A DNA stretch of 64,000 nt, from the NCBI GenBank assembly GCA_963729625.1, contig CAVSOU010000007.1, positions 192,001 through 256,000 of the forward strand. Direction: 5' to 3'. The notes under the pieces are model-generated. The model did no database searches. It was not told where the DNA came from and saw nothing but the letters and a program-made list of their open reading frames with translations. The number at the start of each line of letters is the position of its first letter. The stretch's first letter is position 1. The position numbers and the translations under genes are program-made. Below, one piece after another: positions 9,705 to 19,452 of this stretch. The stretch is from an uncultured bacterium. GTDB taxonomy: Bacteria > Chloroflexota > UBA5177 > JANWHV01.

Positions 9705-11414
9705 CTACCGCCGGCTAAACTGTCGCTCCAGCGCTGACGTGCTCAGCAAAATCATCGTTGGTCTTCCGTGCGGGCAGGTCCGCGGATGCGACGTAGTTTC
9801 CAGGCGCTGAACCAGGTAGCGCATCTCCTCCAGGGACAGCGGCTGGCCGGCTTTGACGGCTGCTTTGCAGGCCATTGTCGCCAAAAGACGATCTTGCTGT
9901 GCGCTTCGCTCCTTTCCGGACTCCAGATCGTCCAGCAACGCCGTGAGTGTCTCGGCCAGCGGAGCACCCTGCAGCATGGCCGGTACCGCACGCACAAGGC
10001 ACGTTGTGTCTCCGAACGGCTCGACATGAAAGCCGAACGACAGTAGCGTGTCTCCGCAAGCGAGAAGCGCGCCCATGCCTTGTGGCGTGAGGTCGATGAG
10101 AGCCGGATCCAGAAGCGGCTGCACGGCGATGCTTTGAGCTTCCATCTGACCGCTGAGCTCGTCGTAGAGAACGCGCTCGTGTGCCGCGTGCTGATCGACC
10201 ATGTAGACGCCGTCGGGGCCTTCGGCAATGATGAACAAGGCTCCGGCCTGGCCGAGTACTCGCAACGCGGGAAGAGTTCTCGACACGGGAGATAGCGTTT
10301 GGCCGGCCGGTGCGGCACTATCAGGCATTTCGAGCAAGGGAAGCTGTTCCGCATCGAGCCCCCCTTCCGATGCGTCCGCTGCCTTCAGGTTGCGCGGATC
10401 CGCGAATTCGGACATGATTGCGGAGTTGACCGTATGCCGGATTGCACCGAACACTTCGCGCTCATTCAGAAAGCGTACTTCAGCCTTGGCGGGATGGACG
10501 TTCACGTCGATCTGGGCTGGAGGGATCGTCAACATCACGACACACACCGGATGGCGACCGATCATGAGCATCGAATGGTACGCCTCTTCAAATGCAACAT
10601 TGAGGACCCGGTTTCGTACCCACCGGCCGTTGACAAAGAATGCCTGTTGGCCACGCGTCCCTCTGGTGTATCCGATCCTGCTCGCCAGTCCACGAACCCG
10701 AATCCCGTGCCTATCGCCGTCGAGATCCTTGAGCTGCTCGGCAAGGTCGACGTCGAAGATGCAGGACAGCACGTCGCGTACCGTGGCAGAGCCGGATGTC
10801 GAAAACACGGTGCGGCCGTCAACCGCGAGCGTCATTGCCACATGTGGGCTGGCAATGGCGTAGTGCGAGACAACCTGCTGCGCCGAACCTGCTTCGGCCT
10901 GCCGACCTTTGAGAAATTTGCGTCTCACGGGGAGGTTCGCGAACAGATCGCTCACCTCGACCGTTGTGCCCACAGGCAACCCGACCGCTCGCCTATCGAC
11001 GACGACCCCACCCGTCACCACAATCTGCGAGCCTGCCGGTTCGTCCGCGGCGCGAGTGCGCACACGCACGGTGGAGACTGCAGCTATGCTGGGAAGCGCC
11101 TCGCCACGAAAGCCCAAAGTCGCAATCGCCTCCAGATCCTCGATCGTGCTAAGCTTGCTCGTTGCGTGGCGCTGAAAGGCCAGCTCGAGATCGGCCGCAC
11201 GTATGCCACAGCCATTGTCTTGGATGCGAACGCGGTCCAGCCCACCGCCATCAAGGTCCACGCGCACGAACGATGCCCCGGCGTCCAGGGCGTTTTCCAG
11301 CAGCTCCTTGACAACAGAAGCGGGACGCTCGATCACTTCTCCGGCCGCAATCCGCGCAGCCACCTCAGGATCGAGCGTTCGAATACGTGGTTGAGACGGA
11401 ATTTGCTCGTTCAT
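9705..11414 (-). CDS. mutL: DNA mismatch repair protein MutL
   Basis: IAAGEVIERPASVVKELLENALDAGA, GFRGEAL, DVNVHPAK; endonuclease motifs DQHAAHER, ACK, CPHGRP. Confidence 0.97.
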   Translation of the reverse strand: MNEQIPSQPRIRTLDPEVAARIAAGEVIERPASVVKELLENALDAGASFVRVDLDGGGLDRVRIQDNGCGIRAADLELAFQRHATSKLSTIEDLEAIATLGFRGEALPSIAAVSTVRVRTRAADEPAGSQIVVTGGVVVDRRAVGLPVGTTVEVSDLFANLPVRRKFLKGRQAEAGSAQQVVSHYAIASPHVAMTLAVDGRTVFSTSGSATVRDVLSCIFDVDLAEQLKDLDGDRHGIRVRGLASRIGYTRGTRGQQAFFVNGRWVRNRVLNVAFEEAYHSMLMIGRHPVCVVMLTIPPAQIDVNVHPAKAEVRFLNEREVFGAIRHTVNSAIMSEFADPRNLKAADASEGGLDAEQLPLLEMPDSAAPAGQTLSPVSRTLPALRVLGQAGALFIIAEGPDGVYMVDQHAAHERVLYDELSGQMEAQSIAVQPLLDPALIDLTPQGMGALLACGDTLLSFGFHVEPFGDTTCLVRAVPAMLQGAPLAETLTALLDDLESGKERSAQQDRLLATMACKAAVKAGQPLSLEEMRYLVQRLETTSHPRTCPHGRPTMILLSTSALERQFSRR

Positions 11415-11418
11415 GCCA

Positions 11419-12042
11419 CTAGCGATGAATCGCTCCATCGACGGCCGCTAGCGTCGCGCCTGCAGCACGCTCCGCGCGGGCGAGAAGGTCCTGCAGAGCC
11501 GCGGCAGTAGCCGACGTATAGGCGGCATCCTTGATTGCCGCCAGATTGATCCTGACGTTCAGAGAAGATGCGATGGCTCCCGCCTGTGCCGAAAGCGCGG
11601 CCGCGCCTGCGTCACTGATCACATTCCGGTTAGCCTCAGACGCGATGCGCTCGGCGAGCTCGAGCACGTCAACACCGACCTCAGTCGTGCGGAGCGGCAC
11701 GGAGGTAGCGGTCCTGAGTGCCGCCTGGATCCGCGTTGCACGAGTCGCTTTTTCCTCTTCACTGGCCTTAGGCAGGCCGTAGGCCGCGGCAACCTGCTCG
11801 AAGGCTGTGGTGTCTTCGTCACGAAGCCTGTCGGCGTCGTGACGAAGCCTGCCGGCCGCATCGCGGACCGCGATCATCAAGGGCTCGACAGACTTGTATT
11901 TTTCGCGGCCGATTGTCAGGTTGCAAACCATCTCCACCAATGCCGCGCCAGTCGAGACCAGCAGGGCCGCCGCGGCGCCGCCGCCGGGGGCAGGGGCCTC
12001 GGAAGCCAAGGCCTCCAGCCATTCGTTCACCGTTTCGCTCAT
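11419..12042 (-). CDS. Cyclodeaminase/cyclohydrolase family protein (FTCD C-terminal / FchA-like)
   Basis: LASEAPAPGGGAAAA, MVCNLT, NVISDA, LNVRINL motifs. Confidence 0.9.
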   Translation of the reverse strand: MSETVNEWLEALASEAPAPGGGAAAALLVSTGAALVEMVCNLTIGREKYKSVEPLMIAVRDAAGRLRHDADRLRDEDTTAFEQVAAAYGLPKASEEEKATRATRIQAALRTATSVPLRTTEVGVDVLELAERIASEANRNVISDAGAAALSAQAGAIASSLNVRINLAAIKDAAYTSATAAALQDLLARAERAAGATLAAVDGAIHR

Positions 12043-12376
12043 CTTACCCTCGCTATCCAATCCATTTAGTGGTGCATCCCCGAAGTCTGCGCCGCACGTG
12101 ATGCTCCGGGGCACCCGTCGCAACGGGCCGCCGCCAGGTGTGGGCTTTAGCCCGCTTTCCGCGCCCGATGATTGGCGGAAGATTTGCCGGACGTACCATC
12201 AAGACCCCACGTTGCCGCTTATCAGTATGCACGGTGGGCTGTCTGAATGGTAGCGAGGAACAATCCGCGCGGCGCAAGAACCCCTGCGGTGCGACGATCG
12301 CCGCGGCGACTCTTGCATATCCCGTGCGATCCAGTTCGCTATTGTTCCCGTCATGCCAGTTGCAAAGCACCCGGCC

Positions 12377-12790
12377 TCAATGGCCGAGGGTCAGCACGCT
12401 GTTGGCGCGCTCGTGCCAGTGAAATGTGACCAGGGCAAATTGCGAGGCGAGGGCCTTTACCTGCCCGTTGAGCGCGAGCATACCTTCATGCCGAACCTTG
12501 TATTCGTCGTTCAGCTGCCTGATCACGAGTTGGCTGTCGCCGAGCACCCGGACGCGGTACGCGCTCGGATCCTTTCCGGCATTGTGGAGCGTCTTCAGAA
12601 TATCAGCGAGGCCGTCAATCAGGGCACGATATTCCGCTTCATTGTTCGTAACGCCATCGCCGTATTCGCGCCTCTCGACGCGATAGCGATTATCGCAGGT
12701 TCGTATCTCGTAACTTCCGTATCCGAGCCCCGGATTCCCCTTCGAGCCGCCGTCAAACGTCAGTGTATAGTGGGATGTCGCGAACTGCAT
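12377..12790 (-). CDS. Ribonuclease HI family protein
   Basis: FDGGSKGNPG, TNNEAEY, GDSQLV motifs. Confidence 0.88.
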   Translation of the reverse strand: MQFATSHYTLTFDGGSKGNPGLGYGSYEIRTCDNRYRVERREYGDGVTNNEAEYRALIDGLADILKTLHNAGKDPSAYRVRVLGDSQLVIRQLNDEYKVRHEGMLALNGQVKALASQFALVTFHWHERANSVLTLGH

Positions 12791-12926
12791 CGCTCTCCTC
12801 TGGCTGGCCCTCATCGCCTGTTCCCTAGACAGGGTACAATTCCTGGTGCACCGATGTCGCAGGCCATCGCGAATGACCCTTGCAGCGGTTGACTTTTCGA
12901 AGGGGCACCTGTACGTTGACGGCGCC

Positions 12927-13490
12927 ATGACACAGAACCGATATGGTGTGCTGCTGAGCGTTATCCTGCTTGGGTTGCTTACAGCGGGCTTTTTCGTGGC
13001 TGCCAGGGCAGCGGTGAATAAGCTCAATACGAGCGTGGCAAGCGCAAATCCCACCACCACTTCAACTCCGATGGTGCTCGTGGCGGCTACATCCACGACG
13101 TCCAGCGGCCGCCCTAACGTGAAGGCGTCCGCGACACCAGCTCACTCCGGCGCTTCGCCGACCGTCACTGCGCTGCCACAGAGCGCGAATGTGGTCATCA
13201 ATAGCTCGTCAACGGACACGACGCATTCCAAGACGAGCTTGCCGTCGAGCACCTACCAGGTGTGGTGCCACGTGCTCGTTCCCGGGGTGGCCGCGGGGAC
13301 GCCGATCAAGTTCCGCTTCCAGCGAGTTGGCACTCCGGGTGATTATTGGGTGCAGCCGGAGTCGGTCGTATCGTCGGGCAATGAATCATATATCCTTGGT
13401 CCTCTGCAGACCGGCCAGTGGCGGTGCTTGGTCGAAATCGCACCGAGCGGCAAGTTGATCGGATCCACATCGTTTGCCATCAACCCGTAG
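12927..13490 (+). CDS. Membrane-anchored/secreted hypothetical protein with Ser/Thr linker and beta-rich C-terminal domain
   Basis: N-terminal hydrophobic helix, S/T/P-rich linker, two Cys in the C-terminal domain. Confidence 0.7.
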   Translation: MTQNRYGVLLSVILLGLLTAGFFVAARAAVNKLNTSVASANPTTTSTPMVLVAATSTTSSGRPNVKASATPAHSGASPTVTALPQSANVVINSSSTDTTHSKTSLPSSTYQVWCHVLVPGVAAGTPIKFRFQRVGTPGDYWVQPESVVSSGNESYILGPLQTGQWRCLVEIAPSGKLIGSTSFAINP

Positions 13491-13611
13491 CGCGTGCTTT
13501 GGTCGGCTTGCTTGATCGCGCGCGTGATGCCCGTGCAGGGCGCATCGTCCAAGTGCGCCGGTAACGCCCGAGTGGGTCATCGCAGTACAGTTCCCGGCCT
13601 CCGACACTCGA

Positions 13612-14862
13612 TCAGGCGAATAACCGTGGAAGCCGCTTCTTCCAGGCGGTGGGCAGGATTATGTCAATTGCGTCGTCCACGGTGACAATGCCCTTCAAAT
13701 GCCCACCATCATCGACAACTGGGACGGCGAACAGGTTGTACTTGGCGATCAGCTTCGCGGCGCGATCTTCATCATCTTCGACGTGCACGACGACAACCTC
13801 CCGCTGCATGAACTCGGTAACCACCTGCGTAGGCGCGGCGACGATAATGTCGCGCAACGTGACTACGCCAGTGAGCGTCTCGCTCGCAAGATCCGTCACC
13901 ACAAAGACATAGTGGATCACGTCGATTTCCGCCGCTGTCGCGCGAAGGTGGTCCATGATCTCGGCGGCGGTCCAGGTCTCCGGCACCGCCACGTACTCAG
14001 TCGTCATGAGTCCTCCTGCCGAGTCCTCGCGATAGCTGAGAAGCTCCTTGACGTCTTCTGACTCCTCATGCTCCATGAGAGCAAGCAGCTCGCTCGCCTT
14101 TTCATCGGACATGTCACCCAGGACGTCGGCCGCCGCAGATGGGTCCATCTCCTCAAGAATGTCAGCTGCCTTCTCGCTCCCCATCCCTTCAAGCAGGGAG
14201 AGCTGTCGTTCCGGAGCCACCTCTTCGAGCGCTTCGGCGGCCGTCTCGTCGTCCATTCCTTCGAACAGTGCGACGCCCTCTTTGACGCTGAGCTGATCGA
14301 CGATCTCGGCAAGATCGGCAGGGTGAAGCCTTGCAAGGTTGTCGTTGGAAACTCGCAGCTTCAGCCCACCGGATTCGCTGCCAAGGGTGTCGACATCCTC
14401 CCACCGAATAAAGTCTTCCCGAGGGCGTATGCCAAGCTTGCTGGCGACCTGTTGGATGCCCAGGCGTCGAAGCAATGCGCGGCCACTGATGTCGACGCCA
14501 ATGAGCCGGTAGTTCCCATTCGTGCGAGCAAGCTGAAGATCATTGACTCGCACCACCTTGTGCCCCTCGACGTCCACAATCTGCCGGTCCAGAATCTGAG
14601 TGCCAACGAAGATGTCGTCACCTGACGCCAGGTAGGGCGTGATCTGGTCACGCTGCTGACGCAGCACGACGGTGGTGTCGAAGCTGAGGATCTGATCCCA
14701 GGGCACGAGTGTACTGTCGCGGTTGCGGCCGTCGCGGATGGCAACTGCCCTGATGATCGGATAATTGGCGTCCGAAGATACCACAAGATCGGCGACCTTG
14801 CCGTGGGGCTGGCCGCGCGAATCGAGAACAGGCCGCCCGGCAATCTGGCTGAAGAAGGGCAT
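13612..14862 (-). CDS. MgtE intracellular-type protein (PRC-barrel + MgtE_N + CBS pair), no transmembrane domain
   Basis: ILDRQIVDVEGHKVVRVNDL, LHPADLAEI, YREDSAGGLMTTEY, GIVTVDD. Confidence 0.9.
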   Translation of the reverse strand: MPFFSQIAGRPVLDSRGQPHGKVADLVVSSDANYPIIRAVAIRDGRNRDSTLVPWDQILSFDTTVVLRQQRDQITPYLASGDDIFVGTQILDRQIVDVEGHKVVRVNDLQLARTNGNYRLIGVDISGRALLRRLGIQQVASKLGIRPREDFIRWEDVDTLGSESGGLKLRVSNDNLARLHPADLAEIVDQLSVKEGVALFEGMDDETAAEALEEVAPERQLSLLEGMGSEKAADILEEMDPSAAADVLGDMSDEKASELLALMEHEESEDVKELLSYREDSAGGLMTTEYVAVPETWTAAEIMDHLRATAAEIDVIHYVFVVTDLASETLTGVVTLRDIIVAAPTQVVTEFMQREVVVVHVEDDEDRAAKLIAKYNLFAVPVVDDGGHLKGIVTVDDAIDIILPTAWKKRLPRLFA

Positions 14863-15252
14863 AGCAAAACCTCGTTTCAGGTCCGTCGGGAACGTCGGCC
14901 GTCGACGCTCCACGCTTTGTCATCGATAGGATGAGGACCAGACGAGGTTGAAGTTACCTCAGCGGGCTGCGGTCACGCTGCGCAGAAGCGCCTCCCTGCT
15001 GGCGATGATCAACGCTCGTCGGTCCTTTCGTATGTGTTCTGTAGTCATATGCCTTTGCAATACTTGCGGAGTGTATACGCCCATAGCGGACACGTTACTT
15101 TCACCAGGACCGGCGTCCACGCGGATCATCACCTCCCCTTGCTCGATGGTCGGCCAGCGACGACACGCTGGAACGATACGGTGCTGCGAGCGCGCCAAGC
15201 ACTGCAGCGCAGGTATCGAGCATAGCCGGCCAGAGCCGCGACAAGCAGGATC

Positions 15253-15573
15253 TCATTTGCGCAGGCTCACATGCCAGGCAATCATTGTGCTGTGAGGGCC
15301 CGCGCTGTAACTAACGGTAACATATGAGCCGACCTTGAACAAGAATCTCGATATCGCCTTACCGCCCTTCAGGAACTTGGTTTGGCCGTTGACGACAAAC
15401 TGGTACCTCGTATTGTGGGTCTTCGAGAAGATCACAAGTGCGGATGCTGAAACCGCGGTGATCGTACCGATGTACATGCGATGGCGCGTTGCGCCGCGCG
15501 CCGGAGACGCCTGGATCGCCGTAAGGAGAACTCCCAGCGCGAGGATGACGGGAAGACATCGTGATACGCGCAC
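15253..15573 (-). CDS. Small basic secreted hypothetical protein (OB-like, DUF5666-like pattern)
   Basis: GAAAGGA SD, signal peptide, GTITAVS...T.F...FKVGSYVTV pattern. Confidence 0.65.
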   Translation of the reverse strand: MRVSRCLPVILALGVLLTAIQASPARGATRHRMYIGTITAVSASALVIFSKTHNTRYQFVVNGQTKFLKGGKAISRFLFKVGSYVTVSYSAGPHSTMIAWHVSLRK

Positions 15574-15739
15574 AGTTCAAATCCTTTCTCAATCAAGGGG
15601 CACCACCGTTCGAATATGATACAGTTCTGCGGCGTGCGCGTGCGTCTTAGCTGCCTCTATCCGGCTATACTGTAGGACTGTAGGCGCCGAGGCGCGAGGC
15701 GTCACGTCGTCGCGCTGTGATGGCGCCGAAGCTGGAGAT

Positions 15740-16111
15740 ATGCCTGTGAACGACGGAGCTATCGAGCTTGATAGGAGACCCGGCAAGATCGAAGTGTCTC
15801 CTCTGGCGATCGCCACGGCCGCCAGCCGCGTCGTCCTGGAGTGCTACGGTGTCGTTGGCATCGCCGACAGAAAGCTGCGACACGGCAAAGCCGAGTTGCT
15901 GGACGACAGCGCTTACTCGCGCGGAGTGATTGTCTCCATTGAGGGCGGCGAAGTTGTCGTTGACGTGTACATCGTCGTCGAGTATGGCACGCGCATCTCA
16001 GAAGTCGCCAACAACGTGATCAGCGCCATTCGTGACGCCCTGCAGCGCATGCTTGGTCAGGCCGCAATCCGCGTCAAAGTCAACATCCAGGGGCTGCGCA
16101 TCAGCAGCTAA
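15740..16111 (+). CDS. Asp23/Gls24 family protein (YloU-like)
   Basis: ECYGVVG, DVYIVVEYGTRISEVA; directly upstream of the DAK2 gene. Confidence 0.92.
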   Translation: MPVNDGAIELDRRPGKIEVSPLAIATAASRVVLECYGVVGIADRKLRHGKAELLDDSAYSRGVIVSIEGGEVVVDVYIVVEYGTRISEVANNVISAIRDALQRMLGQAAIRVKVNIQGLRISS

Positions 16112-16126
16112 CTTGAGGGGGCTGGT

Positions 16127-17809
16127 TTGGGAGCCGTCACTGAGAGACCGCGGCGCGTGCACAACCGATGCGATGGGCGCCAATTGCTCGACGTATTCTC
16201 GACGGCGACTGCGTGGCTCGCGAGGCACGCCGCGGAAGTAGACGCACTCAATGTCTATCCGGTACCCGACGGCGATACCGGCTCAAATATGTCCCAGACG
16301 ATGCATGCCGCCCTCGCCGAGGCTGAGGCCGAGCTCGAGGCCGAGGCCGGCAAGATCGCGGCCAAGCTCGCGCATGGGGCGCTCATGGGCGCTCGCGGCA
16401 ATTCAGGCGTTATTCTGTCTCAGCTGCTGCGTGGTTTCGCCCGGGCACTGGATGGAAAACGCACCTTCAGTCCATCCGATGTGGCCATCGCACTGCAGGA
16501 GGGCAGTGCAACAGCGTATCGCGCGGTTGTGAAACCGGTTGAAGGCACGGTGCTGACAGTGTCACGTATTGCCGGCGACCACGCGATTCAAGCGGCAGCC
16601 GATCGACCGGATTTTCAACATGTGCTGGGGAACGTGGTCAGCGCCGCACGCATCGCCGTTAAGGAAACCCGCAATCAGTTGCCGGCGCTCACACAGGCGG
16701 GAGTTGTCGACGCGGGAGGGCAGGGATACTTGTATCTGATCGAGGGCGCGCTGCGACACTTGCAGGGCCATCGCGATCGGGCCGCCGGCAGTCATTTCGA
16801 GGCGGTGGCGACACGCGCCGCTGCTCCAGGGCACGCCAGCCTTCGATACCATGAGTCCGCTTTCGGCTATTGCACCGAGTTCATCATTCTCGGCAGCGGG
16901 CTGTCGGAGTGGAGCTTGCGCACCGAGCTGGAGCCGATTGGTGACTCCTTGCTTGTCGTCGGCGACGGCAGTATTCTGCGCATCCACGTGCACACCGACG
17001 ATCCTGGGCGCGTCCTCACCGCAGGCGCGAGACTCGGCCGGATTCGCCAGGTGAAAGTGCAGGACATGCAGGCACAGCACGACGAGTTTGCTCGTGAGGT
17101 GGCGCCGGTTCTCGCTTCTCCGCCAGAGCGGGCGGTATCGTCCAGCCGTGTCGAGCTGCCGATCGGAAGCGTTGCGGTTGCCAACGGCGACGGCTTCAAG
17201 GCGATTTTCGAGAGCCTGGGCGCGGAGGTCGTGTTGGGAGGCCAGACCATGAATCCGAGCACGCAGCAGATCCTGGAAGCTGTCGACCGCTGTCCGCAGC
17301 ACACTGTGATCATTCTTCCGAACAACACGAACGTCGTGAGCACTGCGCACCAGGCGGCAAGTCTCAGCAAGAAACGCGTGGAAGTCATCCCGACTCACAG
17401 TATGCCCCAGGGTATTGCGGCGCTCATCGCCGTGCAGTATGACGAGGAAGTCGACCAGATTCTCGATGCGATGCGTGGCGCGGCCGGGTCCATCCGTACG
17501 ATCGAGGTGACTCGCGCGGTTCGCGATGCGGAGCTGGACGGCCTGCAGGTTCGTAAAGGTGAGATCTTGGGAATCCTTGACGATAAGCTCGCCGTGGCCG
17601 GCGCCGACGTCGAGTCGGTAGTGACAGACATGTTCGAGACACTGTCCATCGATCGCAATAGCGTCGTGACGGTCTATGCGGGAGACGATACGTCGGAAGA
17701 ATCGGCGCTCCAACTTCACGAAACGCTTGAGAGGCGCTACCCTCAGATCACGATTGAGTCCTCGCCTGGGGGCCAACCCTACTACCAGTTCATTGTGTCG
17801 GTCGAATGA
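16127..17809 (+). CDS. fakA: DAK2-domain fatty acid kinase catalytic subunit (FakA/YloV)
   Basis: LNVYPVPDGDTGSNM, GARGNSGVILSQ, VVDAGG, YCTEF, GGQTMNPS, GGQPYY. Confidence 0.93.
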   Translation: MGAVTERPRRVHNRCDGRQLLDVFSTATAWLARHAAEVDALNVYPVPDGDTGSNMSQTMHAALAEAEAELEAEAGKIAAKLAHGALMGARGNSGVILSQLLRGFARALDGKRTFSPSDVAIALQEGSATAYRAVVKPVEGTVLTVSRIAGDHAIQAAADRPDFQHVLGNVVSAARIAVKETRNQLPALTQAGVVDAGGQGYLYLIEGALRHLQGHRDRAAGSHFEAVATRAAAPGHASLRYHESAFGYCTEFIILGSGLSEWSLRTELEPIGDSLLVVGDGSILRIHVHTDDPGRVLTAGARLGRIRQVKVQDMQAQHDEFAREVAPVLASPPERAVSSSRVELPIGSVAVANGDGFKAIFESLGAEVVLGGQTMNPSTQQILEAVDRCPQHTVIILPNNTNVVSTAHQAASLSKKRVEVIPTHSMPQGIAALIAVQYDEEVDQILDAMRGAAGSIRTIEVTRAVRDAELDGLQVRKGEILGILDDKLAVAGADVESVVTDMFETLSIDRNSVVTVYAGDDTSEESALQLHETLERRYPQITIESSPGGQPYYQFIVSVE

Positions 17810-18666
17810 ACGGCCATGTTCGCAAACCTGCGCGCGTGCGCGTCGTCACCGACAGCGCGGCCGATATCGCGCCGGACGTCGCTAAGGCCCTGAACATCTG
17901 CGTCGTGCCCTTTACGATTCGCTTCGGCGACAAAGTGTTCACCGACGGCGTGGACATGGGCGCCAAAGAGTTCTACGACATGCTTCGGAACAGTGCTGAT
18001 TTTCCTCAAACGTCGCAGCCGGCGGTAGGCCTCTTTGAAGAGGCCTTCCGGGACGCCTCTACGCAGGGATATGCTATTGTCTCGATTCATATTTCGGCCC
18101 GCCTCAGCGGCACATTTGGCGGTGCCTCTCTAGCCGCGCGGAACGTTCCGGAGGCGTGCATCCATCTGGTCGATTCACGGCTCGCGGCCATGGCTCAAGG
18201 AACCCTCGTGATCACCGCGGCAAGGATGGCTGCCGAAGGCGCGGCGGCCGAGAACATTGTCGCCGCCGTTGAGTCAATGGCCAACCGAACACAAATTGCG
18301 ATCATGATTGACAGTCCTACCTACCTGTATCGGGGAGGGAGGATCGGTCGCGCGCAAAGCCTGCTGGGCAGCATGTTGAGCATCAAGCCGATCATCGGCA
18401 TCGAGGATGGAGTCGTCGCGCCCAGACTGCGCGCGCGAACTGCGATGAGGGCCGTGCAGGCGATGTACGAGCTCGCTCGCTCGCTCGATCCGCTGCAGGA
18501 GGTGCTGGTATTGCATTCAAACGCACCGGACCTCGTCGACGAGTTCTGCCGTTTGCTGAAACCCAGCTATGGTATTCCCACCGTCGGCGTGCTCGGACCC
18601 GTAGTCGGTACTCACGTCGGCGACGGCTGCATTGGGATTGCAATGGTTCAGTCCGACCGGCGCTGA
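17806..18666 (+). CDS. DegV family fatty-acid-binding protein (FakB)
   Basis: VTDSAAD, TSQP, LSGT, GGRIG, SIKPI, THVG. Confidence 0.93.
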   Translation: MNGHVRKPARVRVVTDSAADIAPDVAKALNICVVPFTIRFGDKVFTDGVDMGAKEFYDMLRNSADFPQTSQPAVGLFEEAFRDASTQGYAIVSIHISARLSGTFGGASLAARNVPEACIHLVDSRLAAMAQGTLVITAARMAAEGAAAENIVAAVESMANRTQIAIMIDSPTYLYRGGRIGRAQSLLGSMLSIKPIIGIEDGVVAPRLRARTAMRAVQAMYELARSLDPLQEVLVLHSNAPDLVDEFCRLLKPSYGIPTVGVLGPVVGTHVGDGCIGIAMVQSDRR

Positions 18667-18687
18667 CCGAATACGGGAGACGGGTTC

Positions 18688-19452
18688 ATGCTCAAGATCA
18701 CCATACTTGGCAGCGGGACGAGCCATGGCGTACCAATGATTGGCTGCCACTGCGCTGTCTGCACGTCGCAGGATCCGCGCGACAATCGAATGCGGCCTTC
18801 TGCCATGGTCGGCATTGACGGCTACAACGTACTCGTCGATGCGGCGCCCGAGCTTCGTCTGCAGATGATCGCGGCGGGAATTGACGTTGCCGAGGCCGTG
18901 CTGCTCACGCACGGGCATGCCGACCACCTCCACGGAATCGACGACGTGCGGAGGTTCAACGAACAGCTGGGCAGTGCGGTGCCCGTCTACGGTCCACCTG
19001 CATTGCTGGCCGACATCCGCGTCAGGTTTCCCTACATTTTCTCGCAGACCATGCAGGGTGGGGGTATTCCGTCGATTGACCTTCGACCTGTCGAGGGACC
19101 GTTTCAACTCAACGGCCGCACCATTGTCCCTGTCCCAGTGTGGCACGGCGAGACCCTTGTGACCGCATACCGAGTGGACGGCTTCGCCTATGTCACCGAC
19201 ACCAACTTCGTTCCTCAGGCATCATGCGCGCTGCTCGAGGGCCTGGATGTCCTTGTGCTCGATGCGTTGCGCCGTGAGCCGCACCCGACACACTTCAACT
19301 TCGAGCAAGCGCTCGCGATGGTGGATCGGTTGAAACCGAAGCAGACGTATTTCACCCATCTTACGCACACGACGTTGCACGCAACCGTGGAGGCCGAATT
19401 GCCGCCCCACGTTCGGTTGGCCTACGACGGCCTAACACTGGAGCTGCCCTGA
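18688..19452 (+). CDS. Metallo-beta-lactamase fold hydrolase (PhnP-like)
   Basis: LGSGTSHGVPMIGCHCAVC, THGHADHLHG, HPTH. Confidence 0.9.
   Translation: MLKITILGSGTSHGVPMIGCHCAVCTSQDPRDNRMRPSAMVGIDGYNVLVDAAPELRLQMIAAGIDVAEAVLLTHGHADHLHGIDDVRRFNEQLGSAVPVYGPPALLADIRVRFPYIFSQTMQGGGIPSIDLRPVEGPFQLNGRTIVPVPVWHGETLVTAYRVDGFAYVTDTNFVPQASCALLEGLDVLVLDALRREPHPTHFNFEQALAMVDRLKPKQTYFTHLTHTTLHATVEAELPPHVRLAYDGLTLELP

Noticed and set aside
10299-11510. Long antisense ORFs (also 6488-7612, 16562-17776, 22933-23826, 63286-63813)
   Set aside because: Shadow frames of well-supported genes in GC-rich DNA, with no motifs of their own.
12120-12190. Minus-strand GGCAAA...CTAAA resembling a c-di-GMP-I riboswitch
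   Set aside because: Lacks the GNRA tetraloop/receptor arrangement and the GACGCAAA consensus.
14863-15250. Expected M-box or yybP-ykoY riboswitch upstream of the MgtE-like gene
   Set aside because: Conserved cores were not found; the AAGGGGAG match continues as an SD-like GGTG, not TAGC.
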